Source: Parcubacteria group bacterium Gr01-1014_20
GTDB lineage: Bacteria; Patescibacteriota; Minisyncoccia; UBA6257; 2-01-FULL-56-20
NCBI GenBank assembly: GCA_007376265.1
Contig: VMFW01000005.1
Location: forward strand, 198 to 64,197
Length of the DNA stretch: 64,000 nt
Direction: 5' to 3'
The position numbers and the translations under genes are program-made. Below are positions 29,124 to 38,859 of the stretch, piece by piece; position 1 is the first letter of the stretch; every line of letters starts with the position of its first letter. The notes under the pieces are model-generated. The model had not been told where the DNA came from and did not search any database. It saw only the letters and a program-made list of their open reading frames with translations.

Positions 29124-30152
29124 TTAAAAATTCATTTTAGAAACAGGATTTTTGTTACGGTCGACAAAGATGATATCGTGGTGGTTTTGGCTAATTTTCT
29201 CTTTGAAATCTAAAATTTTCTTTAAGTATTTTTCGTTCTCAACGTAGAGTTCTTCAGCTTTTCTTTCGCCAGAACTACCGGGGTGCATCCTTCCAAAAGT
29301 GGCTTTGGTGGGTAAGTAGTAGGAAAGATAACCTCGGGTGTTAAAGTTGAAATTAAAATCGGTTAGATGGTTGATCATCCTACTTCCCAGGGGGTATCTG
29401 GGGGCACACTCCAAATAGACGTTTTTGCTCGTACAGGCGCCCTGATCATTAAAGGTCGTGCCAGTTTGGAGCCAATAACTAAACCATTTTTCTTTCCTAG
29501 GGACTTCTCCTTTCGGAAAACTTCTTTTGGTAAAAAATTTGACCCTAAGCTTGGCTGTGGGAGAGAGCATTTTTTTAAAAAGTATTTTTTTCCTCTCGAG
29601 ACTGCCGAAGGCCAAGTCCTTAATTATCATAAATATCTTCTCGACAATATGCTTTAGTGTGTCGAGCGCGGTTTCATGGCCTACGAGGTGAGAATAAGAA
29701 ACGTGTGACTCTTGAAGCAACTGCCCCCCCTCCGACATGCCCCGACTTGATCCCCAGACCAGGGAAATGCTTTTATCGCTGTCGAAAACCTGGATACACT
29801 TCGAGAGCCACTCTCGATCAAGGAATCCATCTTGACCCCCAACGATACAAACATATTCTCCCCTGGCTCGATCAATACCTTTATCGGTGGCGTGCCAAGG
29901 CCCTTCATCTGGTTCGGAACAAACGAGAATGCGTGGGTTATTTTTACTGTATTCGTTCACGATGGTGAGGGTTTGATCGGTAGATGCTCCGTCCATAATA
30001 AGAAGTTCCCAGTTTTCATAGGTTTGACTCAGAACGGTTTCGATGGTTTCAGCAATGTATTTTTCGACATTAAAAACGGGGCAGATAATAGAGACGAGGG
30101 GAAGCGGGGGGTTGCCGTTTTTAGTGTTGGCTTTATTCCTATTGCCAGGCAT
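29124..30152 (-). CDS. glycosyltransferase family 2 (atypical)
   Basis: VSIICPVFN, MDGASTD, RARGEY; GGQD at the usual DxD site. Confidence 0.8.
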   Translation of the reverse strand: MPGNRNKANTKNGNPPLPLVSIICPVFNVEKYIAETIETVLSQTYENWELLIMDGASTDQTLTIVNEYSKNNPRILVCSEPDEGPWHATDKGIDRARGEYVCIVGGQDGFLDREWLSKCIQVFDSDKSISLVWGSSRGMSEGGQLLQESHVSYSHLVGHETALDTLKHIVEKIFMIIKDLAFGSLERKKILFKKMLSPTAKLRVKFFTKRSFPKGEVPRKEKWFSYWLQTGTTFNDQGACTSKNVYLECAPRYPLGSRMINHLTDFNFNFNTRGYLSYYLPTKATFGRMHPGSSGERKAEELYVENEKYLKKILDFKEKISQNHHDIIFVDRNKNPVSKMNF

Positions 30153-30915
30153 AGAGGGTAAGAGTGGAAGCGTTGTAATCGACGTTGTAACCTAGATTCT
30201 TGAGAAACAACTTGAACTCATCGATTGTCATTCTATTTAGATTGTAGTGCCACTCAATAGTCATGGTTCTAATTTTCTTGAAGATATCCCTAGGGGCGGT
30301 GGTTAAAATTTCTTCCTCGGCTCCCTCGCAATCAATTTTCATGAAATCACAAGACTCGATTCGGTTGGATGAAAAAATATCTTCCAGGGTGACGGTTGAA
30401 ACCTCAACTGAAGAGAGTTCTGCTTCGTTACCGTAGCGTTTAAACGAACCTCCGCCAGAGTCACCGGGTCTAAAAAATAATGTCTGTTTTCCCCCTTTTT
30501 GACCTACGGCCGCCTGGAAGGGTTGGATGCGTTTTTCAAGTTTGTTGAGAGCGATGTTGGTTTTTAGCATTTCGAAGTTTCTAGGAAATGGCTCGAAGCT
30601 GAGAACTTTCACGTTCTTAGAGGCCTCCGCGGCTTTGACAGAAAAAACACCAATGTTGGCTCCGATATCGATGACGATTGAATTTTCTTTGATACGGGTT
30701 AATAGGCGATCATAAACCCCGACTCGCCAAATCTCATCGATCACGCGCATTTCGGTAGTATTCGCGTTGATGCAGTAGTTAATGCCGTTTTTCAGTCGCA
30801 AAATGATCTTGCCAACCCCGGAGAGTCCGAGACGATTTTTTAGGTACGCAAACGGGTTTCTATAGAACGATAAAGTAAAAAAAAATTCTTTGGTTAGGCG
30901 AACGATTTTTTCCAT
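30139..30915 (-). CDS. FkbM-family methyltransferase
   Basis: IDIGANIG, FEP, KIDCEGAE. Confidence 0.92.
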   Translation of the reverse strand: MEKIVRLTKEFFFTLSFYRNPFAYLKNRLGLSGVGKIILRLKNGINYCINANTTEMRVIDEIWRVGVYDRLLTRIKENSIVIDIGANIGVFSVKAAEASKNVKVLSFEPFPRNFEMLKTNIALNKLEKRIQPFQAAVGQKGGKQTLFFRPGDSGGGSFKRYGNEAELSSVEVSTVTLEDIFSSNRIESCDFMKIDCEGAEEEILTTAPRDIFKKIRTMTIEWHYNLNRMTIDEFKLFLKNLGYNVDYNASTLTLYAWQ

Positions 30916-30989
30916 TCTTCACGGTTTTGATTTAGACAACGACAGGTTAGCGAGGAAGATAGCGTAGTTTTTAAGATTAAACTTCTCCC

Positions 30990-31330
30990 TGACAAGATTT
31001 TGGCCCTCCGACGAAACACATCTTCAAAGCCGTAGTCACTACCGACGACGGTAAGCACCGAGGTATTAACCGAGAGGACGATGGCGGGTAAAGAATTTCT
31101 TTCCTTGTTATAACGATAAATCCATTCAGCTACAAAGTGTTGATTATCAGCCGCTGAACCGCCGTTTCCACAAGTAAGAAGGCGGTGATTATTTTTAATA
31201 GCGTCTACAAGAAGGGTGGCTCCATGTTTGATGTCTCTTTTGATGTCTCTCAATATTTCGCTTACTATCATTTCCAAAACTTCCTTGTGTCGAAGGAAAA
31301 CTTTATCAACAATTCCCCCGAAGGTCCGTT
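30990..31330 (-). pseudogene. truncated, degenerate gmhA copy
   Basis: CGNGGSAADNQHFVAEW..RY.KER aligns with gmhA at 34010-34591; lacks the C-terminal half (TTSG.S.N, IQEMH); 12-bp tandem duplication at 31227-31250; bounds approximate. Confidence 0.75.
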
Positions 31331-31405
31331 CTTCGTCTATACGTTCTCGATAGAACACAAGCGAAGTATAGACCATTCAAAATAAACGGTCAAACTCGTG
31401 GTACA

Positions 31406-32773
31406 ATGGGTACGGTGCAAACTAAATTTTATATCACGCAAGAGCGAATTGCACAGGTCGCGGAGGTCATGTTTCTTGCCGCAATAATGTTTCTCATCGT
31501 ACGCAAGAATGACTATCCGTGGGCCCTCAAGCGTAGTAGCGATATTTTATTCCTACTCTCCGCGATTCTTACTGCCCTCCACCTTACCTTCGCCGTTAGA
31601 TGGTCGTCTTTTTTGCAAACGCATCGAAAGGTGATTGTTGGGTTCTCTCTTATTTTCTCTGGTCTTATACTAGCCTCCATAGTAAGCTACGTCCTTGATG
31701 GTGTACGAATTGATACTGAAGGAATTTTAATGTTTGGTCGATTCTTTGAAGTCGGCGTGGTCGTACTACTTGTAGGGTTTTTTGCCACTCGCAACCCTCA
31801 TTTTTTCAGGAAAGTCGCGATTACGCAGCTTTCTACACTGGTATACTTATGCGCCCTTTTTTCCCAACGCAATCCAAATGTCACAATGGGTCGCTTTGTG
31901 CTCTTCGAAAATCGATCCGATAACGTTTCTTACTATCTCATCGTCAGCCTGAGCCTGATGGTCGTACTTTTTCTCGAGAGGGTAAAACCGTTCAGGAAAT
32001 CTTTTTTTCTTTTTTACCTAGTGGCCATAGGGTTCTCGTCTATTCTACTGTGGACTTTTGTCCGGGCGAGCTGGGTTGGGTTCTCTGCGGCGGCGTTTTT
32101 CACACTTCTTATGTGGATACTTAAAACCAAAGCAGAGAAAGCGAAACGCGTCTTTATTGGTATAGTCCTTATAATTTTGTTGGCTCCTTTGGGATTCCTT
32201 GTTGCGCCACGGATGGTAAGAAACGGGGTAATTGGAAAGTTTTTCCCAGCCATTCAACGTCAGATCCAGGAAGAAGTTGGATTCGAGAAAGCTACGACAC
32301 TGGTTGTTGCTAAAACAGTCCTCGTAGATAAGCCTTCTTTCTCATTCTACGATCCTTTGCGTGTTTTTTTGTGGAAAGAGTATGCCAAAAAAATGATTGA
32401 GAGGCCGATAGGTTTTGGCATACACTTCACCACCTTTACTCGCGCAACATCTCAGTCAACGGTCCAGTGGAAGTTGATAAGTAGTCTTGGGCCACATAAC
32501 ACCATTCTTGAAATCCTAGTCCTCGGCGGATTTTTAGCTCTCTATGGTTTTCTTTATTTGTTTTACCTTGGATTCAAGAACTTACTGCAAGCATTTAAGG
32601 CCGGGAGTGATACTCGATGGTGCCTCTATGTTCTTGCTTCCATCTCTGGGCTAGCTGTTGCCTCATTTTTTGATCACATGATTACATTCCGTATTATGTG
32701 GGTGATGGTTGGCCTCGGAATTTACGCGAAGCATATACCGATAGTTTCTCCCTCGCCGTCAATCACTAGCTGA
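31406..32773 (+). CDS. O-antigen ligase / Wzy_C-family membrane protein
   Basis: Many TMs, TFVRASW, large loop ending in GPHNTILE; real start possibly GTG 31415. Confidence 0.8.
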   Translation: MGTVQTKFYITQERIAQVAEVMFLAAIMFLIVRKNDYPWALKRSSDILFLLSAILTALHLTFAVRWSSFLQTHRKVIVGFSLIFSGLILASIVSYVLDGVRIDTEGILMFGRFFEVGVVVLLVGFFATRNPHFFRKVAITQLSTLVYLCALFSQRNPNVTMGRFVLFENRSDNVSYYLIVSLSLMVVLFLERVKPFRKSFFLFYLVAIGFSSILLWTFVRASWVGFSAAAFFTLLMWILKTKAEKAKRVFIGIVLIILLAPLGFLVAPRMVRNGVIGKFFPAIQRQIQEEVGFEKATTLVVAKTVLVDKPSFSFYDPLRVFLWKEYAKKMIERPIGFGIHFTTFTRATSQSTVQWKLISSLGPHNTILEILVLGGFLALYGFLYLFYLGFKNLLQAFKAGSDTRWCLYVLASISGLAVASFFDHMITFRIMWVMVGLGIYAKHIPIVSPSPSITS

Positions 32774-32798
32774 AAAAAGTTTTTCGCGTCCCAAGACG

Positions 32799-34013
32799 CT
32801 AATTGGGTTTCGAGCTAGTCATGAGTTGCTCCAGAATGGCAAGGTAATGATCGAGGCTCATTTCACGATAGACGAATTGTTGGCCCGATGTCGCAATCTG
32901 GGCATACCGCTCTGGGTTCTCAATCAAGAATTCTATCTTTTCGGCAATCTGGTCTGGCCGCTCGGGCTCCACTAAAAGAGTTTGCATACCATCTTCCAAA
33001 ACGGCGGCAACCGCAGTGCCACGCGCGACAATGGTTGGTATACCAGCAGCCATCGCCTCAAAAGCTGCGAGACTCCAAATTGTAATGTTGCTTGGATGCA
33101 CAAAGACATGGCTCTTCTTCACTAAATCGACATATTCGTTGTCGGAAACACCAGAAAATTTAACGTTAATAGCCTCGGCCACACCCGAATTTTTCAAAAC
33201 TGCTTCGAATTTTTCACGGTACGATCGATTTCTGTAAAAATCTTTAGCCACGATAACACTAGACGCGTCGTATCCTCGATGCCGCAAAAGCGCAATTGCC
33301 CCAACAATATCTTCAAAACGCCGGCTTGGGCTTAATGCCCCAACCCCTAAGACAATGACGGGTTGAGTCGGGTGAATACCAGAACGACAACGTTGCGAAA
33401 ATTTTGACACATCAACGGGATTCCGAACAATCGTGGTCGGACGCCGCAATACACGCGCAAGACGTTCTGAAATTTTGTCATACACCAAGATTTGATCAAT
33501 ATATCTGGCATAACGTTTAGCAACTATTAATTCATACCACGCCGCACAACGCGACAAGATGTCGAAAAACAAGTTGGACTTTTTATAGTGAAAAAAAGGC
33601 GGATTGTTCATTATCCATATTGCCCGAACATGGGGGTATCTCATCTTGTAGCTAGAACCGACCTTATAAGAGTAGTCATTTTCGCAAATCACCGCATCAT
33701 AATCGGGTTCAAGCGCGGAGAGCATCTGTGCGACAACCCGATTGTCTGCCTTATTTTTCTCTAACCGAGAAAGTATTTTCCCAAACAAGATTTGATGTTT
33801 GGCTTGGACCCTGATTCGAGTGTAAGCGTTAGGCGCAATAACATTAATAGTCAATCCACGATTGAGGTTCGGGAAACATCTTTCGGGATTAAATGCGGCA
33901 GTGAAGATGCGCACGGTGTGACCCCTCTCGATCAATCCGCGCGACAACGAAAACACCATACGGGTATCACCGCTCTCGGTAGTTAAGGTAAGGTGCAAAA
34001 AAGCAATCTTCAT
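32799..34013 (-). CDS. glycosyltransferase family 4
   Basis: NPVD, FVHPS, FEAMAAGIP, C-terminal GT-B domain. Confidence 0.9.
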   Translation of the reverse strand: MKIAFLHLTLTTESGDTRMVFSLSRGLIERGHTVRIFTAAFNPERCFPNLNRGLTINVIAPNAYTRIRVQAKHQILFGKILSRLEKNKADNRVVAQMLSALEPDYDAVICENDYSYKVGSSYKMRYPHVRAIWIMNNPPFFHYKKSNLFFDILSRCAAWYELIVAKRYARYIDQILVYDKISERLARVLRRPTTIVRNPVDVSKFSQRCRSGIHPTQPVIVLGVGALSPSRRFEDIVGAIALLRHRGYDASSVIVAKDFYRNRSYREKFEAVLKNSGVAEAINVKFSGVSDNEYVDLVKKSHVFVHPSNITIWSLAAFEAMAAGIPTIVARGTAVAAVLEDGMQTLLVEPERPDQIAEKIEFLIENPERYAQIATSGQQFVYREMSLDHYLAILEQLMTSSKPN

Positions 34014-34591
34014 AGAGCAGTATCAACACACTCACACCAAGTGTGATAAATGAGCTCGTGCATCTCCTGGATACGCGCCGTCTCTATTGAGGGAATAGCA
34101 ATACATAAATCCACGGCGGGGTTCCCCTTGAGGGTAGCACCCTTCTCTCCGGTTAGAACAATAACTTTGAGGGTTTTTTCTTTAGCAACCCGAATAGCTT
34201 TCAGGATATTTGGTGATTGGCCGCTCGTTGTTATAGCAATGAGAACGTCCCCTTTTTCACCCAAGGCATTGATTTGGCGACCAAATATATTTTCAAAACC
34301 ATAATCGTTCCCGATAGCGGTTAGGGCAGAGGTATCGGTAGTCAGGGCTATCGCTTTTAATGGCTTCCGTTCTTTCTTGTAACGACAAATCCATTCAGCC
34401 GCGAGGTGTTGGCTATCAGCAGATGACCCCCCGTTGCCGCAAATAAAAAGACTGTTGTTTGTTTTGGTGACAGAAATTAGGATTTCTGCTCCGCGGGATA
34501 TCTCTTCTCTGAGCGTTTCAAAAGTCTCACTAACCGTCTCGGCGTGACGCGAGAAAGCAGTTTTAATGATGTCTTTGGTAAATAAACTCAT
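34010..34591 (-). CDS. gmhA: sedoheptulose-7-phosphate isomerase
   Basis: CGNGGSSADSQHLAAE, LTAIGNDYG, TTSGQSPN, TARIQEMH. Confidence 0.95.
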   Translation of the reverse strand: MSLFTKDIIKTAFSRHAETVSETFETLREEISRGAEILISVTKTNNSLFICGNGGSSADSQHLAAEWICRYKKERKPLKAIALTTDTSALTAIGNDYGFENIFGRQINALGEKGDVLIAITTSGQSPNILKAIRVAKEKTLKVIVLTGEKGATLKGNPAVDLCIAIPSIETARIQEMHELIYHTWCECVDTAL

Positions 34592-34673
34592 ACTCGGCTT
34601 ACGCTACCTAATACTAGAGAAAAACTGGCTTGAGGGGAAGACCGTTAATATCGATTACAGGAGACGGCGATAT

Positions 34674-35888
34674 TTAGACGAATAGGGCTAGCGTCTCTCT
34701 GGCGTATCTATCCCATGACATTTCTTTTCGAGTAAGTTCCTGTCCGGCTGAAGCAATGGCGTGGTACTTATCGGGATGATCGACTAAGAACTTAATTTTT
34801 TTGGCAATTTCCTTGGGTGCGCGCGGTTTAACAAAAAGAGCATTTTCTCCATCACGCAAAACTTCAGTAGCAGTTGCCGTCTCACAAACCACAAGTGGTA
34901 GTCCAGCAGCCATGCCTTCAAAATTAACAAGACCCCAGCCGTGATTACCCGGAGGAGGAACGTAAACAGCCTGAACAAAAACATCACTCTCTCGATAGGC
35001 TCGTCGCAACTCCTCATCGGAGACGCCGCTAAATTTAAAATCAACATAGGGTTGGAGGTTTTTGCTCTCAACTAACTTCACCAGGTCATTTCGACATTTA
35101 TCTTCTTGCCAAATGTTATTGGCAATAACGAGCAAGGAGGCGTCGTAGCCCCAGCCCCTTAAGATACTTACGGCTAAAACTACGTCGTCGTATCTTCGAT
35201 AGGGATTAAGGGCGCCAAGAGCAAAGATTCTTACTTGTAGATTTTGGGATTTCTCGGGTGAGATTTTTTTGGCGGGAGAATAGAACTTATCAAAATCGAC
35301 GCCGGCTCTCACAACAGACACATCTTTGAATCCTCTGTCTTCACTCCATCTTTTGTTAAAAAAATCTAAAACCGCCACTCGATCTATGGCTCGAAAATAG
35401 CGGGAGCTTGAAAGCTCTTTGAAAAACTGGAAGGCTAACCCCAAGATATTTACGAGGGGGTTACCTCTTTTCAGGAACATAAATGGTGGAGCGTTTTCAG
35501 TCCAAACGATTTTAGTTTTCGGATTAATCTTCTTGTAGAAATAACCGGTCCGATAAGCAAAGTCGTGAATATTCACAACATCGAAGTCGCGGTCCATAAA
35601 GCCTGCTATCTGCTTTGAAATGTCGACGAAGTCTTTTTCCTGTCGGACCTTCCTGGAAATCCAATCAAAGAAATTCTTGGGCTGGCCTGACCAAATTATT
35701 GGACGATTGGGAGCGATGATCCTGATGTCGAGGTTATGAGTTATCTCTTTGTAGTACGCCGCATTAAAGTCTGGAGCGTATATAATAACCTTGTGGCCAA
35801 GCTTCTCGAGGGAGCGGGCTAGACCAAAAATGAGCCTAGGCCCACCAGCAACAAACGACAGGGTGAAGCAGACAATACCAACTTTCAT
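34674..35888 (-). CDS. glycosyltransferase family 4
   Basis: AGVD, WGLVNFEGMAAGLP, DGENAL; paralog of 32799-34013. Confidence 0.9.
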   Translation of the reverse strand: MKVGIVCFTLSFVAGGPRLIFGLARSLEKLGHKVIIYAPDFNAAYYKEITHNLDIRIIAPNRPIIWSGQPKNFFDWISRKVRQEKDFVDISKQIAGFMDRDFDVVNIHDFAYRTGYFYKKINPKTKIVWTENAPPFMFLKRGNPLVNILGLAFQFFKELSSSRYFRAIDRVAVLDFFNKRWSEDRGFKDVSVVRAGVDFDKFYSPAKKISPEKSQNLQVRIFALGALNPYRRYDDVVLAVSILRGWGYDASLLVIANNIWQEDKCRNDLVKLVESKNLQPYVDFKFSGVSDEELRRAYRESDVFVQAVYVPPPGNHGWGLVNFEGMAAGLPLVVCETATATEVLRDGENALFVKPRAPKEIAKKIKFLVDHPDKYHAIASAGQELTRKEMSWDRYARETLALFV

Positions 35889-35896
35889 TTGAAAAT

Positions 35897-37162
35897 CTAA
35901 ATTATGTGGGGGGCGGGAATAGGGATGATGAAATGCCCGCCTTTTTTTATAAACTCTTCCTCTTGATTAAGGATCCCTGCGGCATAATTCCACACTAGCA
36001 GGAGATAATAATCAGGAGGACCATCTTCTTGAATTTTCTCGATCGGGAAAACCGGGATGTGCGTGCCGGGGGTAAATTTACCGTGCTTGAAGTAGGTTTT
36101 ATCGATTATGTAATCAAGATATTGGGTGCTAATGCCGCAAAAGTTCAGAAGAGTGTTGCCCTTTGCTGGAGCGCCGTAACCAACAATTTTTTTGCCTTGC
36201 TTTTTTAGATCGTCAAGAATTTTAATTAACTCTTCCTTTACGTGCTGTGCTCGTGATGAGAGACTCTTGTATGGCTCTCGTGTGTCGAGTTTCAGGCCAA
36301 GTTCGGATTGGATCATCTCTTGCACGGTGGGTTTTACGAAGTGGGGTCCGTCAGCATGCTCGGCAAAAACACGAAGCGAGCCCCCTTGTGTATTTACCTC
36401 TTCGACATCGAATATCTTCATGCCTTCGGACTCAATAAGTTTTTTGAGTGGACGTAAGGCGTAGAAAGAGTGGTGCTCGTGGTAAACATTGTCAAATTGA
36501 TTGTTTGTGAGTAGTTTTACAAAGTATTGCACTTCAAAAATAAAGACTCCATGGGGATCAAGAATTAGTTTTACGCCTCTTACAAAATCGTGGACGTCAT
36601 CCACATGCGCAAGGACGTTGTTGGCAAGAACAAGACTCGCCTTCCCGTTTTCTTCTTCGATTTTCTTTGCGGTGATTTCAGTAAAAAAATCGGTGATCAT
36701 GGGGATCCCAGCGGCAGAAGCAACGGGTGTAACGTTTTTTGCTGGATCGATGCCTAAAACCTTGGCCCCGAATTCTTTGAGGGGGCGGAGAAGCACGCCA
36801 TCATTTGCAGCAATATCAATAGTAAGTTTTTTAGCAAGTTCGGGGAAGCGTTCTATGATAGAGTGGGCGTACCTCCTAAAATGTGCCACTGCCTGGGGAG
36901 ATCCTGAGGTATAAAAGGCGTAGTTGTCTCCGAATAACAGCTCGGGATCAACTATATTTACCAGCATTACGAGTCCACAATCTTCGCAAACCTCAACATC
37001 GAGTGGATACTTGGCTTCAGGTTTATCTAGGTTTTCTTTTTCCACAAAGGCATCCGCGAGGGGAGTGTCTCCTAAACTCAAGAACTGAAAAAGTCGTGAG
37101 CCCCCACATATGCGACACGTTGTTCTCCTTTTTGCCGACCCGGATGTCTTATTGTTACTCAT
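35897..37162 (-). CDS. NDP-sugar C-methyltransferase (TylCIII/NovU-like)
   Basis: N-terminal CRIC...CEDC zinc site, DIAANDG, NVLAH, YHEH, TQGGSLR, YGAPAKG, WNY. Confidence 0.9.
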   Translation of the reverse strand: MSNNKTSGSAKRRTTCRICGGSRLFQFLSLGDTPLADAFVEKENLDKPEAKYPLDVEVCEDCGLVMLVNIVDPELLFGDNYAFYTSGSPQAVAHFRRYAHSIIERFPELAKKLTIDIAANDGVLLRPLKEFGAKVLGIDPAKNVTPVASAAGIPMITDFFTEITAKKIEEENGKASLVLANNVLAHVDDVHDFVRGVKLILDPHGVFIFEVQYFVKLLTNNQFDNVYHEHHSFYALRPLKKLIESEGMKIFDVEEVNTQGGSLRVFAEHADGPHFVKPTVQEMIQSELGLKLDTREPYKSLSSRAQHVKEELIKILDDLKKQGKKIVGYGAPAKGNTLLNFCGISTQYLDYIIDKTYFKHGKFTPGTHIPVFPIEKIQEDGPPDYYLLLVWNYAAGILNQEEEFIKKGGHFIIPIPAPHII

Positions 37163-37201
37163 TTTGAATACTAAATAGGATAGGTCATTCTAGAACACGA
37201 A

Positions 37202-38149
37202 TCAAGTAGTTTTATCTCTTCGCGTATCATTCTCATGCCACTCGATCGTCTTTTTAAGCCCCTCCCCGAGAGACACCTTGGGTTTGAAACCAAACTTTTC
37301 TTTAGCTCGATGCGTGTCCATAATTCGGTACATTTGACCATTTGGCTTAGATGTGTCCCATCTTATTTCGCCTTCAAAACCAACGAGTTTCGAGATTAAA
37401 TTGACAAGCTCCTTAATTGAAATCCCTACACCGGTGCCAAGGTTGACAGGTTCGGAATCATCATAGTTTTCGGCGGCTGTTAAAATTCCTTCTACCGCAT
37501 CATCAACATAGAGAAAATCGCGCACCGGCTCTCCAGTCCCCCACACCTCTATGGACGAACGGCCCGAGCGCTTTGCTTCTACTACCCTGTGGATTAAAGA
37601 TGGCATCAAATAACCGCTTTCCACCCTTTCTCGCGGACCGTAGGTATTTGTCGGCATAAGATGAATAATATCCATACCGTACTGACGTCGGTATGCCTGC
37701 CCTTGGACGAGAAGCATTTTCTTAGCAAGACCGTAAGAAATATTTATAAATGACTGGGGGCCCATCCAGAGGTCTTCTTCTTTTAGTGGCGTGGGGGCGT
37801 TCTCTGGGTAGGCGGCCGCACTTCCAATCGTGATGATTTTTTTTACTTTCGCTTGTCTTGCGGCCTCGATAAGTTGAACACCCATAATCAGGTTGTCGTA
37901 GAAAAGCTCGCCGGGGATTTTCAGGCGACGCAAAAGATCTCCAGTAACTGCGGCCAAATCAAAGATAATCTCTTGTCCCTGTACCGCGCGAACACAGCCC
38001 TCCCATTTGCGCAAATCGAACTCCTTTGAGGTCGAGACAAAGATATTTTTTTCGGGGACGCCGCGCTTCTTGAGTCCCTCCACCACGTGCGAACCCAAGA
38101 AACCAGATCCTCCAGTAACTAATATTTTTTTATCTTTAAGGGAAAGCAA
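37202..38149 (-). CDS. GDP-fucose-synthase (Fcl) paralog, probably reductase only
   Basis: Aligns closely with fcl at 48104-49048; SAAAYP and SGYLM replace TICAYP and SSHVI; YGLAK retained; TTG start. Confidence 0.85.
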   Translation of the reverse strand: MLSLKDKKILVTGGSGFLGSHVVEGLKKRGVPEKNIFVSTSKEFDLRKWEGCVRAVQGQEIIFDLAAVTGDLLRRLKIPGELFYDNLIMGVQLIEAARQAKVKKIITIGSAAAYPENAPTPLKEEDLWMGPQSFINISYGLAKKMLLVQGQAYRRQYGMDIIHLMPTNTYGPRERVESGYLMPSLIHRVVEAKRSGRSSIEVWGTGEPVRDFLYVDDAVEGILTAAENYDDSEPVNLGTGVGISIKELVNLISKLVGFEGEIRWDTSKPNGQMYRIMDTHRAKEKFGFKPKVSLGEGLKKTIEWHENDTRRDKTT

Positions 38150-38155
38150 GGTGAA

Positions 38156-38857
38156 TTACGTGTATTTATTGGTTTTAAATTCTTCTGGACGGCCATCGAG
38201 GACTAATTCTGTCTCGTTGCTCCCAATGTAAAATTCGTAAATTTTTTGCGCGACTTCATCTGGATCCATGCCATATGTAAACTCCTCTCTGGTTTTGACT
38301 CTGGTTAAGTAAACCCCTTTGACCCGAATGTTTTTTTTTCTTGCTTCGAGGGCTAGGGAGTTGGTGAAACCTCGAAGACCCCATTTGGTTGTGCCGTAAA
38401 GAATGTTAGTTTCTTTGAACTCGAGGCCGACGATAGAATTCATATTTATGATGGTCCCTCCACCCATCCTCGTAAAACTTTTGTAGATTCTTCTTGAAAG
38501 TTTTATCAAGGAAACCAAGTTGGTTGTGAGAATCTTGTCGATTTTTGTGTCGTCTATATCCTCGAATGGAACTCCGTAAGCGCTTAAGATGTCAGCGGCG
38601 TTATTGACCAGGACGCTTGATCCACCCCCCCTCAACGCCTCTAGCTCTAAGAGATTGATGGTTTTTGACAGCATGAGGTCGCCGAGAACCTGGGAGCAGG
38701 CTACTCCCAGCGCCTTAATCCTCTCTGAAACTTTTTCTAATTTGTCTTTGTTCCTCCCATGAATGACTAGGTCGTAACCGTTCGTCGCAAAAGCAATGGC
38801 CAAAGACTCACCCAAGCCCGTACTGGATCCGGTAATAATTGCTTTTTTTCGAATCAT
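38156..38857 (-). CDS. short-chain dehydrogenase/reductase
   Basis: TGSSTGLG, VNNA, YGTTK. Confidence 0.9.
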   Translation of the reverse strand: MIRKKAIITGSSTGLGESLAIAFATNGYDLVIHGRNKDKLEKVSERIKALGVACSQVLGDLMLSKTINLLELEALRGGGSSVLVNNAADILSAYGVPFEDIDDTKIDKILTTNLVSLIKLSRRIYKSFTRMGGGTIINMNSIVGLEFKETNILYGTTKWGLRGFTNSLALEARKKNIRVKGVYLTRVKTREEFTYGMDPDEVAQKIYEFYIGSNETELVLDGRPEEFKTNKYT

Positions 38858-38859
38858 GA

